This document shows, piece after piece, positions 50,418 through 61,800 of a stretch of 64,000 nt of DNA. The notes beneath the pieces were generated by a model. It saw nothing but the letters and a program-made list of their open reading frames with translations, was not told the origin of the DNA and did not search any database. Both the position numbers and the translations under genes were made by a program. Source of the stretch: Trichoplax sp. H2 (taxonomy: Eukaryota); the NCBI GenBank assembly GCA_003344405.1, contig NOWV01000162.1:62001-126000 (forward strand), written 5' to 3'. Position 1 is the first letter of the stretch. Every line of letters begins with the position of its first letter.

Positions 50418-51860
50418 CTTGCATGTTGTGTGCAATCAGAAAGATTCGATTCTATACTATTGGAATCCTGCGGCTTGGCCTTCATTACCAGTGGCCCAAG
50501 ATTGCAAGATGATGATCGGAATCGAATCCACCATGATGAAAACAGTTGAAATGACAACAGACTTCTGTACGTCTGTCTATCTATGACGCACATCACTTTA
50601 AGCCCAGTGTACACTGTACAGTACATAATAATGTCACTGACAGTCATCCACTTCCTAGACTCCAGTATGATATTTCCAATGTTCAACTATGACATTATTT
50701 TTGCTCACACTTTACAATAACATACCGTACTGTATACTGGTACAGATAGAGTATGGGCCCAAGGGCAGCCATTGCAGTTGCAGCTCAAGAAAGCCAACAT
50801 GAATCATGCTTGGATTGATAGACCATAATCCAGCTTAAACTTTTTCGACTCCAAATTAGGACTAATAATTTAATTAACTAATACAGTAAGCAACTACTAT
50901 GATGTCTCTCCTTTACTGTGTACGTAATCCTTGATTGCGGTAAGTGTTTACCGTAGTCAAAAACACGATGCGAACATGATACGATTTTGACGCAGCTTAC
51001 GAAAAGCGATCGAGGAAAGCAAAGTATGAAAGGTGGCCTAGAGTTAAAGAAGGACAGTTGTCGTAATACAAGAGCGCTTATGAATCACATAATCTAGCTC
51101 CAAGAAGCCAAGCTGGGACTACCTCTAGTAGTAATATATTGTATATGTTATATAACCAACTAATGACAGTGGCAAACTCTCAGGAGTCGCTGATGGAAGC
51201 ACAGACTTTGGAGAATTTCCTCTTAGAAGTCCCTACGACATAAGATGAGCGCTGTGATAACATAAGAAAAGTGATCCCATATGCGTATAATATAATGTAA
51301 TATATGAACTATTAAGGGGGCCGAGCGAGTTGAAGGATATTCGCAGTTGTTGCGCACAAGAAAGCGCTCATCAATTATAATATGATCTGGCTTTAAGGCT
51401 TGAGCCAAACTGGAGCTACCACTAGTAAATTAAGTTAATCAATATTGATCCCAAGTTTCTCTTTAGTACTGCAGTTAGTCCCGATAAAAGGGTTTATCGT
51501 AGTCATAATATGATAGAAGAGCTTTGACGATTCAAGAAAAGACATCATATAGTAAATAAGCTACTGTATAAGGGAAGCCGAAAGTTTGAAGAGCTGTAAC
51601 GTCAGCTCAAATCGTTGGCAAAGTAATGTTACTGTTTCAGCTTTTCGCCGCGATTTTCTGCTTATTTTACTATATTATAAACAAATTTCTAGAGAGCATT
51701 GCAGAGATATCGCCGGCCGTGCGTGGCATCGGAAACTGCTAATTACTATTACTTTTGAAGTACAGTAGTGATCGTATTTAGAGCTATGGGAAAATATCGT
51801 TCTACGGCCTTACAAATGGACAAGTCACTTACTGCAGTGTTATAAACATTGCAATCTTCC

Positions 51861-51901
51861 ATGGACCACTAGAAGAAAACCGCATCCTTCTAGTGGTCCA
51901 T
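51861..51901. repeat. Perfect 15-bp inverted repeat with 11-nt loop
   Basis: atggaccactagaag-aaaaccgcatc-cttctagtggtccat; same terminal sequence as the 30328-30719 element. Confidence 0.9.
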
Positions 51902-53292
51902 AAATCTGCTTTTGTTATAGGATGAGGCAATATAAATAGCATGCTAAAATAAAAGAGGTAGAAAATTCTGATCAGTTTTATCTTATAAGGAACTGTTTAT
52001 TTTTAAAACTCTTTTCCCAGCAAATACTACTGAATCAGCTGAATAGGAAGTTGATATACATATGTACATATAGTTGACAGAAACTAATACTAATGTGAAT
52101 ACTGCTAGAGGGACTACTCAAGAAGAGAAACTACGAAAGAGGAACGGGACATACAGTAACTATTTTGGAAAGCACCGATTTTAAGAACACTATATAGTAC
52201 TGTACTGTGACCATACTCAGTTTCGAGTGATCTTGTCAACTAAAACTACTTGCAATTCCTCGCAGCCCGCAGTATTATTTTTGTTATTCTTTAGCTTTAA
52301 TCCTTTTTTATAGCTAACTGATTTAATTGGATATTGCAATGGATTAAGTGAATGAAATTATTTTCCCTACATTCTTCACTCACTTGCGACCTAGAAATGG
52401 TTGAGCATTGATATTACAGTGCGCAGTATTGAGATTTTTTCTTTGTGTAACGACACCTTTTCACTTTGCAGGAGTGATGGCCGGAATTAGAGAGGATGAT
52501 GGATTAATATTTGCACAATAAAAGTGCATCACTTTACGAATTTAGGCGACTATTAATGAGAGCCTTACTATGAAAAGGGTTGAAAACATTTTACTGATAC
52601 CTGTAGATGCTGATCAGAGAGATATTTTATCATGGTAAAAGGCAGCCCTCCAGCCTCTACGGTTAGAACAACCGATCATGAAACTCCTCCAGCATAAAAT
52701 GACAGCATTTAACGGCGATACTGTTTAGGAACTTTGGTATTTTAATTTAACTTACTGTAAATAAAAGAAGTGCCCATCTACAGTACTGTCGTCTGTGCTA
52801 CCATCGAGGTGCGAAAGGAAATCCTCCAACCCCCATGGTTAATACAGCAATTTACAAGACGACTCTGCGCCAGGCAATTTATAGAATTGGAATTTTTTTA
52901 TACCTACTACCGTTTATGGTAATCCATCATTTCCTTATTTACTACAGAAACAGTAGTGGATTAGTAAATATACTATAGTATTAGAAGTAATATTAAAATC
53001 GGCTTAATTTAGTTTATACGTACATACAGGTATTCTGACAGCTGGCTGACAGTGACATACTGAAATACTGTAAAGCCAACCATCACGATTAGGGTGGTAG
53101 CTAAAATGAAATATGGTATAGTGCAGATACGTAAATGATAAAATCAATTGCACGTTGCATAAATTAAACCCTGTCCTGGTGCAATATATCATAACTAGAA
53201 TAATTAATATTGTATTTTTTTATGCCAGCCACCTACCTTGACAACTGCTCGCTCATATACCGTAGCAACAACACTATCGTACCTTTACTGGC

Positions 53293-54653
53293 TTGCCAAG
53301 ATTGTCTGATTGTATCTTTGTGGTGACCTTCGTATCTTTATGCGTATTCATCAGATATAATATTTTGAAAAAATTCGATCCTTTTATGGCCAGGACAAAT
53401 CCTCGTAATACTGTTTCAAGCACACATCACGATGAGGTTAATGCCAATTCAAATAAAGTCTTGATGCCGGTTTCTGATCATGGCCCCAATTCACCTGCAG
53501 TTTCGTACTGGGGCCGATTTACGTTATTCAATCAATTTAGGCTTTTGGAAAATTTTAATTTATTGCGATGCTTATCCGTAATCGAGGTGAAATTCAATCG
53601 CCACACTTATAGAAGTGTTGATGAATTAATACTAGTTCAAAGGCAACCTTTACATGAAGAAAACAAGATTGTTATGCCTGTGTTGCCTAATCAGCAAGCA
53701 ATTCAAGAGCAGAGTATGTGCAATGCCATTACAGATCATGAGAATACATATCCAGTTGGACAAGAAGAGAATGATCAAGTGAATCGAATGAACGCGAATA
53801 GTGAACGAAAAGGAACTGTGCTGGATAAATCGGCTCAATCTGCAGACTTACCATTATCATTCAATTCGATGATAGATGATAATCGAGATTGGCCTTATTT
53901 GACCGACGAATGTACTTGCATGTTACTTCGAATTCCACTACATCAAAGAAATAAAAATGGAGCCACTTATCACTCTAGATATTGCCCTTACAATAGAAAC
54001 ATTCGCAAAAACACTGAACGCAAATTAACCGTTCGAACCTATCTTAAATCTGCACTTAGGTTTATATGTATGATTACTTCAACGAGTATCTTGTTGGCAA
54101 TGCTGTTTTACATCTTGGTCATCCTTTGCTACCTGAGTGAGCAAGGTGAGTCTATGACTGTATGCTATCATTGATAATGAATTCATATATAATCTTAGTA
54201 ACTTTTGACCAATGCAAAGTTTTTTGGTGCACGTTCTCTACAGATTTATATGATGGCAGAGATGATGTCAACGTTGTCTTACCTTCAATTGTTGCAATAA
54301 TTTGTGGTATGTGCAGTTTCAATTCTATTTAAAAATTCATTGCTTAGCCTAGGCAATGTTGCAATGATCAATTTTCGATATAATACATAATATAGTATAC
54401 TTGCTAGATGATTTCGTGATTTTTATAATAGTGCACATACTTTACCCACTTGTGTACTTGCTGTAGTCAATTTCCATCCATTTATTTATTACTGATTGAT
54501 CTGGTAGACATTATTGGATATTCTGGGTCTGCTGCCCTGGCAAGCCTATTTGTCTGTATTGGATGTTTATTCCTATGGATCATTTCAGGCAACGACAGGT
54601 CTTTACTTACCATTGAATCACGCAACTATCATCCTTTCATGCTATCTTGTTAA
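53293..54653 (+). CDS. Uncharacterised probable membrane protein; 5' end uncertain
   Basis: 293-codon ORF with donor GTGAGT near 54147, an in-frame small exon at ~54244-54307 (DLYDGRDDVNVVLPSIVAIIC) and a last exon at ~54508-54653. Several hydrophobic segments; no family recognised. Confidence 0.55.
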
Positions 54654-56873
54654 TATATGACATCTCAGTAGAATATCTACGATAGGACTAGGTGGTTTAC
54701 AATAGCATTAGGTTATAAATAAATATGCTACTTGATAGTAATGAAGATCAACAAAGTACTTTATCCAGTCATGTCAAAACATTTGATAGGGCACTGGATG
54801 ACGAGCCATAGACTGCTAGACCAGTGCTGTTTCTTGCAGCCCATGGACGAATTAAGCTGACTCTAATCTACTTAGATTTTACTAATGAACATATTGCAAG
54901 AACGTAAATTATAGTTTTGCTCATGTTCTTGCTATTTGCTACGATATTGCGGCAAGCATTAAGATGCATCAATGGGCTTATTATTATTATTTGCCCTAAC
55001 GTGATTTCTTGCTCTAGTAAGAGTACAGTATGCCATTCACTATGCAACACAGCATTGGCTAGGTTGTGACAAAATAGGTGCTTCATTTGTATTATTGCAG
55101 TATTTGCATCTTGATAATAGTACATGCATAAATCGGCAATTTGCTAATGCGCGTATGTTTATTACTCATATTCAATAAACATATTGCAGACTTCTTAATT
55201 ATTAATATGCCGTTTTACTTACATTGGTCAAGGCAGTCCAAAGTCAATAATTTAAAGCTTCGCTCTTGATATGATTTATCCTCTGAGAGAAATGCTATTG
55301 GTTTGGTTACCATCCATTCGATGACGGGCTTAGAAAGTGAATACTAAATAACGACATTTAACCGATGATCCAATTGATTTGTTGTTCGATATACAAAAAT
55401 TAACAGCTATTTTCGGTATTTAAAATGCCTTCTAAAACATTGGTATTAAACCAGGTATTATATTGTCGCTGATTAAGTACGGGACTGGATTATTCGTTAC
55501 AAAAATCTTGACCCAAAATTTTGCTAAAAAGCTAACATTTTGGATGAACAATGTAATAAATATTTCATGAGACTAAGTCGAAGGTCTTAAATTGTAAGCA
55601 GAATGCATTTGCTACCATTTTATGATTACAGTATTGCAGATCGATTCCAAAAACATATCTTAATTCTTATACTGTACAATTCAGCTTTAGGATTTTGATG
55701 AATTCTACTTAACAGTTCATATTCATAACTTGAAGTATTACATTATCGACCTTAAGAATACTAAGAAATTATTGGTACAAAATCGTCATAAATTGTAAAG
55801 ACGTAAGAATATAAGCTCATCGTATCAACTTTCTTAGTTACAGCTTCTGTAAAACATTAAGAGAAAACGATATAAATGCGACAAATACTAAAATTATGAT
55901 TGCTATAACAACTCTATACATTACATCTCTACGCTAATAAAGTCGAATACTTTTGTATTTGGGTTTTGCTGCGAAGTAGCAAGAATTAACTAACTACGAA
56001 TAAATCGTAGTATGACTCTTTTGTTATCTAAATTAATTATCCAGTATTGTAGTCGATTTCAGAAGATAGTACAACGGACGCAAGCAAATATAATTTCGAT
56101 TATTTTGACTTTTGCCAATAGTTTATTGAGAGTTAACTTGATCGGCAGTAGGTAGATTTGATTACACGTGTCTAAAAGTAGTCTTTTAACTAGATTGTAC
56201 AGTATATCTAGCAGATCAATAATGATTCGGAATTGGTTACAATAAGTAAAAATGATTCAACACGTACATTTGTATTAGTTCTGTTCCATCCTTTGACAAG
56301 AATCTTTTACGTCAATTTTTTACTCATCTTTAAGTATATGTGCGTAATGGAACAGTTAGATCTAGGCTACAATAATATGATGTTAAAATTTGCAATTACA
56401 GTTCAGTAAGTATTTACCCAAAGGAATACAAAACATGTACTGTAAGGGTAAAATAGATGATATATTATTATACATTTGTTTGTACGATTGTACTGTTAAA
56501 GTAGGAAAATTGTAGGGGATCAAGGAATATATACTACATGACAACTGGTTACTAATGGAAGATGTTTAAAACTAGTTGTGGTAAAACTCACTGCTATTTG
56601 TCTAATATACATAGACAATTCCAATATTGCACGTATGAAATTTCTCCGGTGAGAGACGCGTCTCGTAAAAGTATAACTTATCGATAAAATAGGATAAAGC
56701 AATATATTTTTACATGATGATTGAAGATAGATTAAAGCATCACTGACATGTATGCATGCCAATTAATTATGCATCATCAGTACTTATCATCATTGAATGA
56801 TTGAATTGCATGGTACAGAAAGAACAACAGGATCAGGTCATCTCCATTTCCCAAAGTTCATTACAAGTTGATT

Positions 56874-57422
56874 CTATAAGCCCGCTAATTCCTTCTGTAA
56901 TTGCGCTTTCTTGCTTACTTTAGCAGCTTGTTCCGCGTTGAGCTCTTTGATTTCACCACTGTCAAGCTTTTCCTGTAATTCTCTAATTTGGCGTAATTTT
57001 TTTTGAATATTTCTCTTCCTACTATCCGATAGTTGACTATGATCAGGCGTAGGTTTATTCCATTCGTCGGTGCTAGTAGGTTGATTTCCGATAGTGCATT
57101 TTTCTAACTTGTCGGCGGCATTTTGGACATTATCATGGCTTGCAGGGGAAGGCTGATTTTTCAACTGTTTCTTTAATTTTCGTTGTTCATTTTTCTTTTG
57201 AGCTTTACTCTTGGCTTTGGAAGATTCCGTTGTGTCTACAACTAGGCCTGGAGGCATGGATGAGCTCTGATTCTTAACTATCTTTTTACCAATACTTTCA
57301 TAGGTGGCCATTTCATCCTGTGGCACATAACCTTCTTTGACCTTTCGCTCTTTCCTCCAAGTGCCATCGGGTCTTTTCGTAGCCGGAATACTATATGCCG
57401 ATTTCTCATTACTCGTTGCCAT
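56874..57422 (-). CDS. PYM1: Partner of Y14 and mago (PYM/WIBG), intronless CDS
   Basis: IPATKRPDGTWRKERKVKEGYVPQDE Mago-binding motif and C-terminal KKLRQIRELQEK..LNAEQAAKV. Confidence 0.93.
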   Translation of the reverse strand: MATSNEKSAYSIPATKRPDGTWRKERKVKEGYVPQDEMATYESIGKKIVKNQSSSMPPGLVVDTTESSKAKSKAQKKNEQRKLKKQLKNQPSPASHDNVQNAADKLEKCTIGNQPTSTDEWNKPTPDHSQLSDSRKRNIQKKLRQIRELQEKLDSGEIKELNAEQAAKVSKKAQLQKELAGL

Positions 57423-57933
57423 GATTCAAAATAAGCCTATTTCTACTCATCAAATGATATTATAAGAAGAAAAAGTGATAATGATCCTCTACTTGCTTGA
57501 GCTATGTTGATTTTCCAACCAATTTGCAGTTTGCAGGTGTTGGTTGAATGAGGGTTAAAATGCTTGAAGCCCAGTACAGTAGTTACACTGTGCAGTGTAC
57601 ACTGTACACTGTACGCGCGTACTGTACTCTACAGTGTACAGTACTATAGTTTCTTTTTTGACTGTACAGTACTGTAGTACAATACTATAACCATGAACGA
57701 GAGATCTCTCTCTAGTAGTGCTGGAATTCCTGGATCGAAATGAGCGATCGAGCGGCGATTTCTCGATTTCCAGTAGCCATGAAACTGTACCCAATACAGT
57801 ACTGTGTGTTGAAAGAGTCTTCAATGTCACATACAGTACAGACTGTATGTGCTAAGCACGTACTATAAAACTCCGTCAAAGCCGTAGAGGTAAGAAGAAG
57901 AACTAGAGTCCGAAAACTGCCTTCATGTTCAGA

Positions 57934-58512
57934 GCTGTTGAAACTGTACTACAGTACAGTATACTGTAGAGTCCAGTACGTTGTACTGTACTGTACAGTG
58001 TACAGTGTACAGTACCGGACCACCAGAAGGAGGCCCAAGTGGTCCGGATCTGTCCAGTGGTCCAAGCTGTTGAAACTGTACTACAGACAGTACAGTACAG
58101 TATTCCAGTTGTACACTAAATGTACAGTACTGGACTGGAATGCAAATTACACGGTCTACACTCTACAGTACTGTAGGCACGGACCGCCAGAAGGAGGCCT
58201 AAGTGGTCCAAGCTGTTGAAACTGTACAGTACAGTATTCCAGCTGTGTAGTACAGTACTGTACAGTTTCAACAGCTTGGACTACTGGACAGACCGATTAA
58301 GTGCCCATACGCAATTCCAGCAGGCATGGATCACCAGAAGGACGCCCAAGTAGTCCAAGGTCTGTCCAAGTGGTCCAAGCTGTAAAAACTGGTACAGTAC
58401 TGTCTACTGGACTGGAATGCAATTTCCTGCAGGCACGGACCACCAGAAGGACGTCCAAGTGGTCCATGGTCTAGTCTCCACCGTCTGTCACAGTACTGTA
58501 GTAGTCCATGGT
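57934..58512. repeat. Complex tandem/inverted repeat array between PYM1 and CUL2
   Basis: Four copies of ggaccaccagaagga(g/c)gcccaagtggtcc at ~58017, 58181, 58328 and 58437, repeated ccaagctgttgaaactgtac, and a perfect 27-bp inverted repeat at 58206-58232/58255-58281. Confidence 0.9.
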
Positions 58513-58853
58513 ACAGTACAATGCACCCTACATCACCGCTGGGAATACTGCAGTATACTGTACGGAACAGCGGGCTGATCTTGTATGCAATCCCCTGCCC
58601 ATTTGTACACTGTACTGGTAAAGTGGATATTGCCCATTTCGTCTTGCTATGGGTAATGGAGTCTTGGCTGCCATCATAGTTACTCACTCAAAGCCTCATC
58701 ATCGCTTACCTAACTTACTGTTCATGTAATCTTACAAACAACATTTTCGTGCCTTCAACAATTCAAAAAGTGGAGAACAATATCGTAGTCAAGATTTCAA
58801 TTATTACTTCTATCTTAAGGCAATAACGCGGATTGTTGAGTAATCCAAGCAAA

Positions 58854-61800
58854 ATGATGAGGAAAAGCATCGACTACGACGCAACTTGGGCGTCATTGCG
58901 AAAAGTCATCTTTGATGTTCTTACATTGAAACCGGTGGATCGAATTATATGGAGCGATAGTATATCGTATCCTTAACATCATAGGTCTATTATTTGTTAG
59001 CCAGATATTCATTTTCAACCTTAAAATTGTTGCAATCCAATAGTAAACGACCTTACAGGATTAGTGTGTTGACATGATTGTCCTAGGCAAGCCTATACAG
59101 TACTGTAGCGCCATGACCAAATGGATGCAATACTAGCAGTCATGTTACTTTACCCTATGATCGATCAATAGGGTAGAATGCCTTGATCTCTTAATCATGA
59201 CAGTACTATAAAATTGATCAATCGATGAAATAATCATGTAAGTTACAATGACTTTCCTATCATTCTGATGGACTATCTTACTTCATTCTTGCTATCATGA
59301 ACTACTGTAACAGTATTGTGTCAACATGATTCTGTGTAGTCTGTAGCGATCAGTAAATAACTTGTAAACTAAAACTAAAATTATACCTACTCACCATGAT
59401 GATCAATATTACAACACTGTACATAGGTAAAAGTAGTTAATATCCAGTGTTACAGGAGATTAAAATAGCTTCAATTACAATTATATCTGGTAACTAACTA
59501 TTACTATCATCATGGATAGTCTATTGCAGTAGCTGTGCTAGCTCAATTTCAAAACAAGGAAAGAATAGGGATCAATTCAAACTTGTACTACTCTCCAAGA
59601 GTTAATGGCGATAACCTGACTATTATATTCTCTATGTACTAATACATGACTATGACTTGGAGATATTTTCTTTAATGTCAAAATTTCTTACTCGCTCATG
59701 AAAAAAGTGATATTTACTCTATTTGCATCTCTTCTTCGGAATATATCGAGCGTATTTACAACGATTGCAAGGAATTCCTTATTTCCCATATTACCCATAT
59801 TAAAAAGGAGGTAAGTTGAATGAAAGGACTGATGTTACTACTGCATACACGGTACATGCTGAATCACACTATGTCTAAAGATATAGTTTAGTAACATGTC
59901 AATACAATATCAAGTTATGGCTGCGCTATGCTTAGTCTTATGCCTTAGAAATATTTTCGCATGTACAAGTCACGCAAGGATGTGATGACGCAAAACTAGA
60001 AATGTACTCTTTTTATATTTAGGCCATCAAAGAATTACTTGCCTATTTTAATAGCGAAATAGTTTAATGCTGCTGATTAGTATGATGAGACAAATAATTA
60101 ATTTCAATTACATATTAGCTACATGGTGGAACTTTTAGAATGTACTAACTTAGATTTAAAAGGCAGCATCCTACTCTGCTAAAATTAAAGGCTAAAGGGC
60201 ATAGCAGTAATAATATTACTAAAATGTCATAATGCACGTCGTAATTCCAGTGATGTGAATTTGACTTTACCCTTAAATTTATACACTGTACCGTAAATCG
60301 TCTCATAAAATAGGGTCCTTTCTACAATAATGTAATACAGTAATTATTCATCAATCACATGATCGCAATTGATATTTTGACTGCAGCGTTCCAATATATT
60401 TCATCATCACTATACTAATCTCTTATTCGCCAATTGTAGCTGACTGGTGTATACTCGCAAGCTTTACTGAAAAAATATTATGAATATTGGATAAAATTTA
60501 GCTCTGGAGCCAGTTATCTCAATTCCATGTTTACGTATGTTTAATAGCATATTTAGTTATAAGTGTTATAAATGTAGCGTTGTCAACGATTACATATGAA
60601 ATAATTGATATTTATGTAGCTTAAAATTGAAAAGTATTCATATAGATATAACGAAAGCAAGAAATTATAACTGATTTTAGTACAGAATTATGTGATTTAA
60701 CAAAACAAGGCACTACAGTAACCGTAATCACGCGCTAGTAAAATGATTGCAATACGCGTACAACCTTACTTCTTAATAAATATTACATGCAATCCGGCCC
60801 TTTATTCTCCACTTATTGTATCCTTATTAACTATTTTTCATTATCGAGTCTAGCTGTCGAATATGTACGCAGGTTCAAGTAGTTTTTTACTAAATCTTGT
60901 TTCTATCATCTACCAGGTATCTCAATCGTAGTCGCAATTATATGCATGGAAGCGACAGCTCTTATGAACAGATGCCCTATTCAAGCCAAGAGAATGAGGA
61001 GCTACCAGCAGAAATTGGACAAGTAATTAGACACGCTAATTTTCAAATTTTTTATTACAATATTAGTCACTATGTTGTAAACTGTTACATGCAGTTCTAA
61101 TAGTAATGTGCATTAATTTACGAATGGTTATCATCATTGTTAACAAATTCATTATTCCATCAATTATTGAATATTTTTTAACACAGATTGCCATGCAGCA
61201 ATGGCAGGAAATAATCATTGAGGAATACCAAGTTGAATTGGTCAATGTTTTACTTGCTGCCATAGAAAAGTTTGTAGCTACCCTATGAACTGATATTTTT
61301 TAATATTTCAAATTTGAATGTTGTTATGACTAATTGTTACTAGCCGTTGTAATATTATGCTGTCTTCTATGACGTTTTATATAAATCTATATATAATGAT
61401 TCTTATCTAAACACTTCACAGTGATCGTAAAGAAGAAGATATTCCTGTTGCAGATTTAGTACAGGGTGTTATCCATTCGTTTGGTAAATTCGTTGAACTC
61501 TAAATTAAATTTTATCGCTAGTAGTTATAATGGTATACAGCAGATAACACTCTATCAGATACATTCTGACAATTATGCCTAATTTATTGTTTGATATCAT
61601 CAATTTACAGTTAATGTAAAAGGGGATGAAGTAACATCTCTCAAGGTAGGCTATTATCCATTAGGAAAGAACAATTGTATAGTAATTTTGTATTTATTTA
61701 ATACATAAAAATAGATGAAATTAATATATAATCCTTACGGATATCCTTTACAAATCTATTGAGAACATTATCTTATAACCGACAAAATATACTTCACTGT

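Noticed and set aside
58017-58469. CRISPR-like array of palindromic 29-bp repeats
   Set aside because: Spacers are long, unequal (~80-135 bp) and similar to each other; no cas genes; eukaryotic intron-containing context.
57555-58687. Tyr/Cys/Thr/Val-rich ORFs (also 11665-12731 and 29880-30471)
   Set aside because: They are translations of the CAGTA/CTGTA repeats on both strands, with no splice context or family motifs.
59982-60075. C/D box snoRNA candidate in a CUL2 intron (GTGATGA...CTGA)
   Set aside because: No terminal stem or recognisable guide; such boxes are common by chance in AT-rich DNA.
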